Shown here in pieces: positions 29,013 through 39,300 of a stretch of 43,720 nucleotides of DNA (position 1 is the stretch's first letter; each line of letters opens with the position of its first letter). Source of the stretch: a virus; the IMG/VR virus record IMGVR_UViG_3300043313_001521; one strand, given 5' to 3'. The position numbers were made by a program, and so were the translations under genes. The notes beneath the pieces were generated by a model. That model was not told the origin of the DNA. It ran no database searches and saw nothing but the letters and a program-made list of their open reading frames with translations.

Positions 29013-29437
29013 GCACCCAACCGAGTGGCACGCACAGTCCCAGAGATGGCCTCGAACGCAACGCTCGGGCCGCCACCACCGACCCACCCCCACAGGACCA
29101 GTGTGACGATCTGGCCTTTCGCCAGGTTCGACCACGTCGCGTACATCGGCAACTGGGATCGCAGGGTGCTGCTCTGGAGGGCCAGGTGTTGGAACTGGCT
29201 CCAGCCGGTGGGAGCGGGCGTGCTCAGTTGGATGCCGACCATCACATGCTGGAACCCGCTCCATGAGTAGACGACCGTGAGGTCGGCGAACAGCTCGCCA
29301 GCGAAGGGCATCGTGAACGTGCCGACACTGAACGTCCCTGTGGCGCTGTTGCCCACGGTCCCCCCTCCGATGTTCGAAAACTGCTGGGAGAACGGCATGG
29401 GCTCGTCGGAGGGGATCAGCCCAAAGATGCGTGGCAT
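29009..29437 (-). CDS. Fibre-associated small protein, paralogue B of three
   Basis: C-terminal 142 aa of ORF 29009..30112, starting at MPRIFGLIP in a TAATG overlap with paralogue A. Motifs TMPFAGELF and WSNLAKGQIV. Confidence 0.65.
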   Translation of the reverse strand: MPRIFGLIPSDEPMPFSQQFSNIGGGTVGNSATGTFSVGTFTMPFAGELFADLTVVYSWSGFQHVMVGIQLSTPAPTGWSQFQHLALQSSTLRSQLPMYATWSNLAKGQIVTLVLWGWVGGGGPSVAFEAISGTVRATRLGA

Positions 29438-29862
29438 TAGGCGGCCTGCGCTCGCAGTGTCCCGGCGAAGTTGTTCGCCAGCGCCCGGCCGTTCACAGCT
29501 CCGACCTGGATGCGGATCGTGAGTTTGAAGAACGTGCCGGCGGCCAGGTTCGCCCACTTGCAGATGAGCGGGATGGTGACGATGCCCCCGTTGCCGCACG
29601 TCTCGGTGGCCTTGCCGCAGATCTGATTTGTGACCCCGATGTCGGTGAACGGCCAGACCTCGACGGCGATGACGGTGGCGCCCTGGTCGTAGGCGATCTG
29701 GAGGTGGCCGGTCAAGAAGATGTCGCCGGTCCAGGGCATGGTCATGGACGTGACGTCGGCAAACCCGTTGGTGCCTTGCGCCACGGCGAGGTTGAGCGCG
29801 GTGTTGAAATACTGCTCGTAGTAGGGGTGCTGGATGTTTGAGACCAGCGAACCGAACGGCAT
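29437..29862 (-). CDS. Fibre-associated small protein, paralogue A of three
   Basis: 141 aa. Motifs TMPWTGDIF and WANLAAGTFF. Confidence 0.65.
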   Translation of the reverse strand: MPFGSLVSNIQHPYYEQYFNTALNLAVAQGTNGFADVTSMTMPWTGDIFLTGHLQIAYDQGATVIAVEVWPFTDIGVTNQICGKATETCGNGGIVTIPLICKWANLAAGTFFKLTIRIQVGAVNGRALANNFAGTLRAQAA

Positions 29863-29865
29863 TGG

Positions 29866-30174
29866 TCAGATCGCAGGTGTGATGACGGGGGGCGGGAGCG
29901 GGATGTACCTTGCGCCGACGGTGGGCCACACGTGTTGTACGGCGGCGAGGATGTCGCCGTCGGTGGAGTCTTTGGTCATGCCCGGCCCGGTGGCCACCAA
30001 CGGGATGAACTGGTTGGCGGTGGCGTCGAGCGCACCGATGGCCTGGTGCGCCAGTTGTTGGTATTCGGGCCGGTCGTCGGCGACGAAGATCTGCGCCTGT
30101 TCGGCGACGCACATCGTCACTCGATCTTGGAACGTCTTGTCTTTGGCCAGGTCGCCCTGGGACTCGTAGCTCAT
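29866..30174 (-). CDS. Hypothetical protein (102 aa)
   Basis: High GC3. It lies within the tail-fibre gene block. Confidence 0.6.
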   Translation of the reverse strand: MSYESQGDLAKDKTFQDRVTMCVAEQAQIFVADDRPEYQQLAHQAIGALDATANQFIPLVATGPGMTKDSTDGDILAAVQHVWPTVGARYIPLPPPVITPAI

Positions 30175-30184
30175 GGCTCTCCTA

Positions 30185-30571
30185 TCAGCCCAACAGTCCG
30201 TAAGACTTGAGGGTGTCGATCAGCGTGCCCAACACGGTCGCCACCTCGGTCAAGGTGGTGCTCGCCGGGTTGAACGCACGATCGGCGGTATACCCGCCGG
30301 TCACCGACCACCCCATGTTCTGCGTGGTGGGGGTGGCGTTCCAGAACCCGATCCGCTGCGTGTTGGCCGTGCCGATCTTCGTGCCGGTGGCGGCGCCCAA
30401 CGCGATGTTGGCGCCTTCGGTGAGCGTGCCGCCGATGAGTTGCAGGTACTTGTCGGTGAGGACCACGGCGCCCGTGCGCCCGTCGACCGAAGCGACGGAC
30501 CCTGTGCCGGGCGGTCCCTGCTGCGATGCGGCCTCCCACGCTGAGCCCGTCCAGATCTTCACTGAGCCCAT
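30185..30571 (-). CDS. Minor tail / fibre protein (128 aa)
   Basis: Internal ATG preceded by GGAG. The SVDGRTGAVVLTDKYL motif is common in actinophage fibre proteins. Confidence 0.6.
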   Translation of the reverse strand: MGSVKIWTGSAWEAASQQGPPGTGSVASVDGRTGAVVLTDKYLQLIGGTLTEGANIALGAATGTKIGTANTQRIGFWNATPTTQNMGWSVTGGYTADRAFNPASTTLTEVATVLGTLIDTLKSYGLLG

Positions 30572-30581
30572 GACGCTCCGT

Positions 30582-32273
30582 TCATGCTCGGGTGACTCGT
30601 AGGTAGGCAGGCAGGAATCCCCCCGCACCTGCGACGCCCGCTGTTACGGTGCCGGTGCCGCCGCCCACCCATCCCATGACGCTGTAGGTGTGGCTACCCG
30701 GCGACGGAACAACACGTCGCCGCGCTGTCATGGCGAACCCGATGATGCCAGGGTTCGGTTGCGTCAACGCCAGAGCGAAGTAGCCAAGGTTCGTCGATCC
30801 ATCAAACAGGTGCATGAGCAGTTGGTTGTTTAGCGGCCCGTCGACACGTGGTGAGTAGAACTCGATCAGGACCGCACTGCCGTCGTATGTGCGGCTCGTG
30901 CCGGCGATGACCGTGTTCTGTGCTGCGACGTTTGTGCTGGTGACGGAGACCTGCGCGGTGATCTCGTTGTAAGCCAACTCCGTGCCCGGTGGCGCCGTCC
31001 ACGTGCCGGGCGTGCCGGCGGTCGTACAGGTCCACACCACGCCGGCTGAGTCCAACCACTGGTCGCCCCGGGCGAAGGTGCCGCTGGTCGGTGCCCCGGC
31101 GGTGACCGTGCTGTTGCCGATGGCGGGGACCGAGAGCGCGGTTCGGGCGTTGGCCGCCGACGACTGGCCGGTGCCGCCGTCGGCGATGCTCAAGGGCAAT
31201 ACGAGGGTGCTCACGTCGTCGGTGTCGTACCAGACGTCGCCGACCTTGGGTGTGCCGGCCGGTGCGTTCGGTCCGACCCACGCGTTCTCGCCCCACGGCT
31301 GGCCCCACTGCGTGTCGTAGTCGGTGGCCGACTTCTTCGTCAGCTTCTGTGAGGTCGTGCCGCCCGGTACGAGCCCGGGTCCGGCCGGTCCAGTGCTGCC
31401 GGCTGGACCGGTTGGACCAGGCACGGTCGACGCTGCGCCAGTGTCACCCTTCGGGCCTTGCGCACCGGCCGGGCCGGTGGGACCGGGGACCGTGGAATCA
31501 GCACCCGGGGGACCAGCAGGACCGGGCACGGTTGAGTCAGCACCCGGCGGTCCGGGGGCTCCGTCGATCCCGTCCACGCCATCGGCCCCAGGTGGCCCGG
31601 GGACGGTCGAATCAGCACCGGGTGGGCCGGCAGGACCAGGGACCGTTGAATCGGCCCCTGGGGGTCCCTGAGGGCCGGGCACGGTCGAGTCTGCACCCGG
31701 GGCACCATCAGCACCGGGAGGTCCGGCGGGACCGGGGACGGTCGAGTCAGCTCCAGGGGGACCAGGCGCACCATCTGCACCTGGCGGGCCGGGCACGGTC
31801 GAGTCGGCACCGTCGACACCATCAGCGCCGGGGGGTCCCGGCGGGCCGGGCACCGTTGAGTCAGCACCGTCGGCACCCGGCGGGCCTGGTGGCCCCGGCA
31901 CCGTGGAGTCCGCCCCCGGCGGTCCCGGCGGTCCGTCCTGACCCGGCGGCCCTTGCGGTCCCGGTTCGCCACCTTCGCTGATGATCAGCTCAATGGTCTC
32001 GGCCGGGGTCACGTCAAGGTTGACGACCTCTTCGGTGAGCGACAGCGAGATGTCGTCGGTGATGGCGTTGAGATGGACCTCTTCGATGTCGCTCTGGAAG
32101 TCGAGCTCGATCGCCGGGGTCGCCGTCGCAGCGTCAAGGTTCACGGCGGCGGTGTCGGCCAGGTCGAGCGCCACCGCTTCGTTGCTCAGCTCCAGCGACA
32201 CCACGGCCGGGGTGGTCGTGTCGTCCAGCTCGACCGGCTCGGCGGTGATGAGGTCGAGCGAAACCTCAGGCAC
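30582..32273 (-). CDS. Collagen-like minor tail (fibre) protein
   Basis: About 200 aa of Gly-X-Y repeats with a recurring [12 protein letters not shown] unit, followed by a globular C-terminal domain. Confidence 0.85.
   Translation of the reverse strand: MPEVSLDLITAEPVELDDTTTPAVVSLELSNEAVALDLADTAAVNLDAATATPAIELDFQSDIEEVHLNAITDDISLSLTEEVVNLDVTPAETIELIISEGGEPGPQGPPGQDGPPGPPGADSTVPGPPGPPGADGADSTVPGPPGPPGADGVDGADSTVPGPPGADGAPGPPGADSTVPGPAGPPGADGAPGADSTVPGPQGPPGADSTVPGPAGPPGADSTVPGPPGADGVDGIDGAPGPPGADSTVPGPAGPPGADSTVPGPTGPAGAQGPKGDTGAASTVPGPTGPAGSTGPAGPGLVPGGTTSQKLTKKSATDYDTQWGQPWGENAWVGPNAPAGTPKVGDVWYDTDDVSTLVLPLSIADGGTGQSSAANARTALSVPAIGNSTVTAGAPTSGTFARGDQWLDSAGVVWTCTTAGTPGTWTAPPGTELAYNEITAQVSVTSTNVAAQNTVIAGTSRTYDGSAVLIEFYSPRVDGPLNNQLLMHLFDGSTNLGYFALALTQPNPGIIGFAMTARRRVVPSPGSHTYSVMGWVGGGTGTVTAGVAGAGGFLPAYLRVTRA
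31330..31980. repeat. Nucleotide-level tandem repeats encoding the collagen-like Gly-X-Y region
   Basis: Recurrent ggcaccgtcgagtc/ggaccgggcacgg-type units on the plus strand. The repeats leave all frames open and generate spurious ORFs on both strands. Confidence 0.8.
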
Positions 32274-32682
32274 GGCTGTTCGCTTTGGCCAACGCTGCCG
32301 CTCGGGCGATCGGGCCGGGGTCGTCCCGGGACACGTCCTGCTGGATCTTCAGCCCGGTGCAGATCCACCACGTCTTGATCGTGTCGCCCGTGGTCTTGTC
32401 CAGCTCTTCGAGGTCGAACATCATGCCGTTCTTCAACATGGCGGTCTCGTCGCCGGTCATCGTCATGAGCACCTGCGACGGGACGCTGCCACCGGAGGGC
32501 GTGACGACCGTGCAGGTGAACGAGACGACCAGCGCAGCGTCATAGGTGGTGCGTACCTGTGCCCGCCAGTCCGAGCCGGACACGTCGAGCGGGACGCCGT
32601 CGACGGAGATGTTGACGGGGATGGTCAGCGGGTCGCCGCGGACGACCGCGCCGTTGGTGGGGTAGGCGGATAGCGCGGCCAT
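32266..32682 (-). CDS. Minor tail protein (138 aa)
   Basis: High GC3. An 8-nt overlap (GTGCCTGA) with the collagen-like gene. Confidence 0.6.
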   Translation of the reverse strand: MAALSAYPTNGAVVRGDPLTIPVNISVDGVPLDVSGSDWRAQVRTTYDAALVVSFTCTVVTPSGGSVPSQVLMTMTGDETAMLKNGMMFDLEELDKTTGDTIKTWWICTGLKIQQDVSRDDPGPIARAAALAKANSRA

Positions 32683-32817
32683 TCAGATCCTCCTACAGAG
32701 CGGTGCGTCATGGATTTGGTCGGCGACGTTGAGCAGGACGGCACAACCGAGAGCGAGCACGGCGCCGGCAGCCAGGTAGGCGAGCACGACGGCGATCAGG
32801 TACCAGCGGTCGGTCAT
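32683..32817 (-). CDS. 44-aa single-pass membrane peptide embedded in the tail genes
   Basis: MTDRWYLIAVVLAYLAAGAVLALGCAVLL... with an ATGA overlap on the upstream gene at 32814-32817. Confidence 0.45.
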   Translation of the reverse strand: MTDRWYLIAVVLAYLAAGAVLALGCAVLLNVADQIHDAPLCRRI

Positions 32818-33704
32818 AGGACGGTCCACGGCAACACGACGGACGTGCCGGACTGAGCGAAGTAGGCGACGACACTGAAGGGACCGACGGCTTGGCCGCC
32901 GCCAGTGATCTCGATCTCCCACCCACCGCCGAACAGAACACTCGGGCTGTAGATCGAGCCGTTGAACGTGCCGGCGGCATGGAAGAACCCAAGGTTGACC
33001 CCGGCGCACAGATTGTCAGCCGAGTCGCCGTTGCGGTTGTGAAGCTCGAAGCGGGTGTTGACCCCGTCATCGGCGGTGCTGCCGGGCACGGTGATCTGAA
33101 ACGATGTGAGCATGTAGGTCCCGCTGCCACCGCTGTAGCGCCCGGACGTGCCGTCCCATCCCATGTTCGGACCACCGGTCTCGATGCGCAGCGCATTGCT
33201 CAACGGGAACGGTGCCGACCCGTAGAACTTTCGGGTCGACTTGATGGCCGACGCCGGCATCGCCACCGGGGACTCACCTTCGAGTGTCCCGTCGGCCATC
33301 TTCTTGATCGACTGGAGCGTGCGCTCTTGTTCTTCGAGGATGAGGTCGCCCAGCTCGGGGCTGTAGGTGACCTCGCCGTTGTCGTCCTCGGCGCCGGTCA
33401 TGGCCCGCACCCGTTGGCTGATCATGCCGCCCCCATACGCCGGCACGGTGATCGTGTCGGAGACCCCGAACGCCCGGTAGGGCCGGTCGGTCGTGTCGGC
33501 CCACATCAGATCAGCGGCGACGGCGGTACGGCTGTCACCGAAGATGGCGAGCTGCATGCCGGCGACCCGGTCGACCTCGGCCGGGGACTGCAAGCCACCC
33601 AGGCCGAGCATCGCTTCCCGACGCCCGAACTTGTCGATCGAAGCCTGGTTGACGACCTCCCGCCACCCGTCAGCCCACCGGCACAACAACACGTTGATCG
33701 GCAT
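32814..33704 (-). CDS. Minor tail protein (296 aa)
   Basis: Internal Met (MPINVLLCRW...) of ORF 32814..34088, in a TGATG overlap with the upstream gene. Confidence 0.65.
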   Translation of the reverse strand: MPINVLLCRWADGWREVVNQASIDKFGRREAMLGLGGLQSPAEVDRVAGMQLAIFGDSRTAVAADLMWADTTDRPYRAFGVSDTITVPAYGGGMISQRVRAMTGAEDDNGEVTYSPELGDLILEEQERTLQSIKKMADGTLEGESPVAMPASAIKSTRKFYGSAPFPLSNALRIETGGPNMGWDGTSGRYSGGSGTYMLTSFQITVPGSTADDGVNTRFELHNRNGDSADNLCAGVNLGFFHAAGTFNGSIYSPSVLFGGGWEIEITGGGQAVGPFSVVAYFAQSGTSVVLPWTVL

Positions 33705-35164
33705 CAGTCGACCCTCTTGTACGACAGGCCAGCCAGGTTGCCCGACAGCGGGTTGTTGACGTCGAGCGGCGGGTGCAGGGTGACCGGCTTGGCTTGGCCT
33801 CTCGTGCCTTTCACCCAGGCATGCAGCCGGAACTGGGCGGGCTCCATCCAGATGTCGACGTAGGTCTCGCACAGCTCCAGCAGGAACGTCAGGTAGTCGG
33901 TGCCGACCTTCGTGGCGATGTCCCCGACGTTGGGCCACGGCTGGCCGGCCGAGTCGACCTGTTCGTTGAACCCGGCGGTCACCCCGGCGAGCCCTGAGCG
34001 TGTCCACTGCGCTTCGACCATGAGGCGCAAGATGACCTGACCGGGCGTCCAGCCCGGTGGTCCCGGCGGGTAGGCGACCATCTTCCACTGGGCGGCGTCG
34101 GACCAGAAGATGGGTGCGCCGCCGATCTCATAGGTGGCGGGGTCCATGGGGAAGCCGGCCATCACCAGTGACCACGGGTTGATCCACTCACCGAAGCCCT
34201 CGGACCAGAACGCTTCGCCTTCATGGTTCTGGACGGCGACGGCGATGACGTGCCAGCCCGGTGTGATCTCCACTTGGAACTGCTGGAGGTCCGAGTTGTC
34301 GTTGGACCAGTATTCGGTCTGGCCTTGGGGTTGGCCGTCCCACCAAACCCACGCGGCGTCGTCGGCGAACCAGTAGACGATCATCTCCTGGGTGGGGTCG
34401 TCGGGGCCGATGTAGACGTTGCGGCGCATGTACGACCAGCCGCCGGGGGCGAGCCAGTAGGTGGTGTCGGGGGCGGTGATGCGGGGGCACCCGGGCATCA
34501 CGTTCGCCCAGTCGGTGACGCCTGCGAACATGCCGGAGTTGGGGGGCATCCCGTCGGGTGAGTCGTCCACGCCGGGCCAGTAGTCGGCCGGGTACCGGGC
34601 TGCCGGTCCCCACCATGAATCGTCGTAGGCGCCGTCCTGCCAGGAGAAGTAGCGGTCCTCTTCGATGGGCTTGGCGCCCAACCCGTTCGACGGGTACACG
34701 ACGGCCTCTTTGAAGATGGACAGCAGGCCGTCGCCGCTGTACTCGGTGACCTGATCGTGCTCTTCGCCCCCGGCGATCTGGATGCGGTTGAGCTCACGGA
34801 CGATCCACGCGAACACGGCATAGCCTTCGTCCTCGTAGCGGACGATGTCGCCTTCACGGACCACGGTGGCCTGGTCGGATTCGTTGCCGATGGTCATGCT
34901 GGCTGAGCCGGGCAGGTTCATCTCTTCCTGCCATTGGCGCCCGAAGCTGTCGGTTAGCTCGGCGACGGTGGGGATGAGGTTGGGGCGACGGTGCAGGGTG
35001 GCCCGCAGGCGGGGCGGTACGACCCCTTCGACGCCGACCATGGGGGCGCCGGCCATGGCCCCGGAGACGGCCCCGACGACCGTGACGGTCTGGTCAGCGC
35101 CGGGCTCTGTCGGTGGTTCGCTGCCACCGGCCCCGTAGAAGAACAGGTCGCCCTTGCGGGTCAC
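33704..35164 (-). CDS. Minor tail protein (486 aa, tail-tip/Tal-like by position)
   Basis: GTG start in a GTGA overlap. Its size and its position downstream of the tape measure fit a tail-tip protein. Confidence 0.65.
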   Translation of the reverse strand: MTRKGDLFFYGAGGSEPPTEPGADQTVTVVGAVSGAMAGAPMVGVEGVVPPRLRATLHRRPNLIPTVAELTDSFGRQWQEEMNLPGSASMTIGNESDQATVVREGDIVRYEDEGYAVFAWIVRELNRIQIAGGEEHDQVTEYSGDGLLSIFKEAVVYPSNGLGAKPIEEDRYFSWQDGAYDDSWWGPAARYPADYWPGVDDSPDGMPPNSGMFAGVTDWANVMPGCPRITAPDTTYWLAPGGWSYMRRNVYIGPDDPTQEMIVYWFADDAAWVWWDGQPQGQTEYWSNDNSDLQQFQVEITPGWHVIAVAVQNHEGEAFWSEGFGEWINPWSLVMAGFPMDPATYEIGGAPIFWSDAAQWKMVAYPPGPPGWTPGQVILRLMVEAQWTRSGLAGVTAGFNEQVDSAGQPWPNVGDIATKVGTDYLTFLLELCETYVDIWMEPAQFRLHAWVKGTRGQAKPVTLHPPLDVNNPLSGNLAGLSYKRVD

Positions 35165-35508
35165 AGCTTGATGACCCTCACGCTGAACCAGTGGCCGACC
35201 GGCCCGTCATTCTTGGCTCGCAGCTTCGCTGTCCACGTATCGAGCGGGAGCGGGACGGGGGACGACTGGAACCCGGCCCAAGCGCTGACCGAGGCCAGGT
35301 CGGCCGGCGTCGACAGGTAGTCCTCGAAGACCACGGGTGTGCCGCCGCTCTCGGGGTCGACCATGATCTGCACGTGCATCGACTCGGTGTCAGTCAGGGG
35401 GCAGGTCACCATGAACACGAACGTGCCCGGCCCGGCCGTGGCGGTGGCCATGGAGACCCACGTGTCGGGGCTGATCGGGCTGAGGTTCTCGACGTGTACC
35501 TGCTCCAT
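35161..35508 (-). CDS. Minor tail protein (115 aa)
   Basis: High GC3, within the tail module. Confidence 0.6.
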   Translation of the reverse strand: MEQVHVENLSPISPDTWVSMATATAGPGTFVFMVTCPLTDTESMHVQIMVDPESGGTPVVFEDYLSTPADLASVSAWAGFQSSPVPLPLDTWTAKLRAKNDGPVGHWFSVRVIKL

Positions 35509-35518
35509 GGGTTGGCCC

Positions 35519-35902
35519 CTAGATCTTGATCATGAAGTCGAATGAGAACGTCACGTCCGCCCCGTTGGGCACGACGTGGATGGGGACCGTGTCGGCCCGC
35601 TGGTCCGTGTACGAGATGAGCACCCCCGGGTCCGGCGTGTTGTCCTGGAAGAACACGATGCCGGTCACGTCCGCCCCCGACAGGTTGTTGTAGACGACGT
35701 CGGCGCACAGGGCGATGCCGTCGGTGACGCTGGTGACGGACACGATGACCGGGGAACCGACCGTCCCGGCCAGGTCGGCGGTCGTAACGTCATCGGCGGC
35801 GTAGGTGTAGGCGCCGACCAGCTGCGCCTTGATGGTGTCGGCCATCAGGTCGAACTGGCCCCGCAGCAGGGCCTCTTTGGCGGCCGGGTAGATGACCCTC
35901 AC
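35519..35902 (-). CDS. Minor tail protein (127 aa)
   Basis: GTG start (VRVIYPAAKE...) in a GTGA overlap with the upstream stop. It is the C-terminal part of ORF 35519..36148. Confidence 0.6.
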   Translation of the reverse strand: MRVIYPAAKEALLRGQFDLMADTIKAQLVGAYTYAADDVTTADLAGTVGSPVIVSVTSVTDGIALCADVVYNNLSGADVTGIVFFQDNTPDPGVLISYTDQRADTVPIHVVPNGADVTFSFDFMIKI

Positions 35903-36366
35903 GAGAACGCTCCAGACATGAGGGCGATGTCCATCGAAGCGGACACGGCGGCGGGGCTGTACGGCTCGGCATCTATCTCGAAGCCCCGCACCTGGATGGT
36001 GGCGATCAGGTCGGGCTGGCCCGCTCGTTTGATGACGGCCGTGCGGGTGCTGTCGGCGTTGAGCGGGTTGTCCACGATGAACGCTTGCAGGTGGGCGATG
36101 TTGGCCCACAGGCCCGCTTCGGCATCCGCGTTCTTTGTCCCGTCCCACGACAGGTCACCGAAGATGGCGAGCGTGAGCGTGCGCATGGTCTCATCGGGTC
36201 GCCACGGCAACGCCCGGCGGCCACGGGCTCCCGGCATGACCCGGTTCTCGCCCCGGACTTCTGCTCCGGCGTAAAGGGTCTGGATGTCCAGGTGCTCCCA
36301 CGCCGGGGTGGACAGCGGTACGCCGTCGATCTCCAGGTGGTGGGTGAAGCGGATGACGTACGCCAT
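35899..36366 (-). CDS. Minor tail protein (155 aa, distal-tail position)
   Basis: It lies immediately downstream of the tape measure with a TGATG overlap. Confidence 0.6.
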   Translation of the reverse strand: MAYVIRFTHHLEIDGVPLSTPAWEHLDIQTLYAGAEVRGENRVMPGARGRRALPWRPDETMRTLTLAIFGDLSWDGTKNADAEAGLWANIAHLQAFIVDNPLNADSTRTAVIKRAGQPDLIATIQVRGFEIDAEPYSPAAVSASMDIALMSGAFS

Positions 36367-39300
36367 CAGACCCGCCCCTTCGTGCGGGTCTTGGTGCGCA
36401 ACTGCCGTCTGACCTCATAGGCGGTCGCCACAGGCTGCTCTGCGCCCTGCACGATGATGTCGCCCCCGATGGTGACCCCGTCGTGGCCTTGGGGCGTCAC
36501 AGGGACGTCTAGGGGCTTCAGGGGCATCACCTGGCCGTTGGTGGTGGGCAACAGCCATTGCTTGCCCCCGGCGCTCCAGAGCTCCGGCATGCTCCGCTCG
36601 TTGACGGTGGAGAGCTGGCCGGTCGACAGGGGGCCACCGGCCGCTCGTTGGAACCACGGCTTCTGTTCTTGTGGAGCGGACCGGGACGTCGTCCAGAACG
36701 ACGTGTCCCCTGGGGGCGGCGGTGGCGGGATGGGGTTGGTGTTCGGTTTCGGGGCGGCCTCGAAGATCGCCCCGAACTTCTTGGCGTACTCGTCAAGGAT
36801 CGGTGCCATCAACGGGAACTGCGTTCGCAGGGCGTCGAGCATGTTGAAGAACTCGGTGCCCTTGATGGCCCCGGTGCTGATCGACGTGTTGAGCACGTCC
36901 TGCATGGACGCGTAGTTGACCTTCGACTTGTACAGCTCGTACTCGGCGTCACGCACACCTTCTTGCGCTGCGGCGATGCCGTCATAGGCGGTGGCTTCAT
37001 CCTTCGATGCCTGTGTGCGTGCACTCCGGGCGTCGAGCACGGCCTGGTTGGCGTCGACCTCGGCCTGCACGGCATCGGCCACGGTCTTATGCGCATCGGC
37101 CACGCCCTTCTCGGCATCAGCGATCCGTTCGTCGTGCGCCCCGCGGGTGCGCTGGAGCTCGAGCTTCGCCCGGCGCAGGTCGATGTTCGCCGCCCGCCGG
37201 TCGAGCGCATCATCGAACTTGCCGCGCATGCGCTTCTGCGCTTGCTGCACGGAGAGCTGCGCCGATTCCAGGTCGAGCTTCTCGTCTTCGGACGGACCGG
37301 AGCGTGCGTCGGCCAACTCCCGTTCGGCATCGGCGAGCGCCAGACGGGCCTCACGCAGCTTGTTCGACGCGTCGACGGCCTTGCGTTGGGCGTCACCGAT
37401 CTTGCGGTCGGCTTCGAGCGTCTTGAGCTTGGCCTCCCGGTACTTCTCTTCGGCCTCGGCCACACCCTTGTGGGCGTCCGCCAGGTTCTGCTCGGCGCCC
37501 TCGACCGCGTCCTCCGCTTCGATGAGCCCGAAGAACGCTTCGGACGCCGTCTTGGCCTTGGCGATCAGCCCGCCGAGGGAGTTGGACGCCTTCAGGCTCG
37601 ACTCGATGAGCTTCTTGGTTTCCGGCTCGTTCTCGGCCAGTGCCTTGTTCCACGCCGCCATCGCGTCCTCGGCGTTGGCGTAGTGGATGTTCGCTGTTTC
37701 CTGCGCGGTGATCCAGACGTAGAGCGTCTCGGCGTTTAGGCCGGTCTGGGCCGCCATCTGCTTCGACAGATCAATGTTCTTCTGGATCTGCTTGCTGGAC
37801 TCGTTCAAGGCCGTCGCCTGGTCGGCCCTGGCGTTCATGGCGTCCACATCCGCCCAGGCACCCCACGCCTGGGTTGGTGAGGTCCACTTCTCTTGCCACT
37901 CGTCCAGCTCCTTGCCGATGGCGTCGAGCTGGACGCGGTTCTTCTTGAGCTGAGCTTCTGCCTCTTCGAGCCCGGCCGACGCACCCTTCTGCGACCACTG
38001 CGATGCGTCCCTAGCCGACTCCTCGGCCTTGTTCATGGCGTTCTGGTAGATCGCCCAGGCGACCGCACCGGCAGCGAGGATGCCGGTCACGCTGGCGACG
38101 GCGGTGCCGAGAGAGCCGAACGTCTTGGACAGCACCGCGTTCTTCTTGATGGCGTCGTCCATGTACATGCCACGGAGTTGGAAGCTCTGACCCAGGCTGG
38201 CCAGGCCCGGCGACACCGCGGTGACGGCCCGGCCCAGCTGCAGGAACCCCTGGCCCATCTTCCCGAAGATGAACATGGTGGGACCGACCGCCGCGGCGAA
38301 GGTAGCGAAGCCGGCGGTAGCGACCTGCAACGGTCCCGGCAGCGCCTTGAACCCCGTACCGACCACTCCGACCCCCTCGGCGAGCGTGGTCATGATCGGG
38401 ATGGCGGCGGCACCGAGCTCGATCATCGAGTCGTGCACCGTGTTCATGGCCTTCTCCAACTTCTTGGAGTCGGACTCGGCCGTATTGGCCCACGCTTCGG
38501 ACAGGGTGCCCTGGGCCTGCATCGTGGTGGCCACGATCTGCATCGTGCGTTCCGTGTTCTGACCGAACAGGTTGAACACGCCGGTCAGGGCACGGATGTT
38601 GCCGAACACTTCAGCCATGGCTTCGGTCTGCCCGTCGAAGCCGTCGTAGATGGCCTTCAACGTGGGGATCAGACCCTCGTTCTTCAGGGCCAGGCGGGTC
38701 GCCGCGTAGTCGAGCCCCGTGTACTGCTTGAGGGCTCGCTGAGCGATCGGGGGCATGTCCTGGAGCGTGTTGAACAGGCCACGCAACTGGGTGGCCGCCT
38801 GGTCCGACGACGTGCCCGACAGGGTCATGGCCGCCATGGCGCCGGCGACCTCACCGAACTCGACGCCGAGGTTGGCGGCGATGGGGATGACCTGGCTGAG
38901 CGAACCGGCCAGCTCGTCCGCTTCGCCCTTGCCCAACCGGACGGCGGTGGTCAACTGGTCACCGGCCTGCGCCGCGGTGATGTTCTCCTTGCCGTAGGCA
39001 GACAGGGCCGAGGTCAACACGTCGGCCACGACCTTCGTCTCGCCCAGACCGATCGCAGCACCCTTGGCGGCCACGTCGAGCACGGCCATGGCGTCGGCCG
39101 CTTCCACGCCCGATGACGTGATGAAGTACATGGCCGCGGCTGCCTCTTCGCCGGCGATGCCGTAGGTCAGGCCGAGCTCTCGGACCTCTTCCCGCCACTG
39201 GTTGGTGGTGGCGATCGGGACCTCGTTGATGGCGCTGATCTGCGTCATCGCCTGGTCGTACTCGGAGTACGCGTTGGTGGCGGCCTTGCCGATGAGAGCG

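Noticed and set aside
29438-30112. N-terminal two thirds of ORF 29009..30112 (Arg/His/Pro-rich), overlapping genes 29437..29862 and 29866..30174
   Set aside because: Only the last 142 codons (from MPRIFGL at 29437) have a protein-like composition, paralogy to the neighbouring genes and a TAATG coupling. The upstream extension is an out-of-frame read-through of the neighbouring genes.
31250-31981. Multiple ORFs on both strands over the collagen-like repeat (31250..31981 +, 31324..31671 +, 31340..31972 -)
   Set aside because: The Gly-X-Y-encoding repeats keep every frame open. Only the frame of 30582..32273 gives uninterrupted Gly-X-Y triplets joined to non-repetitive N- and C-terminal domains.
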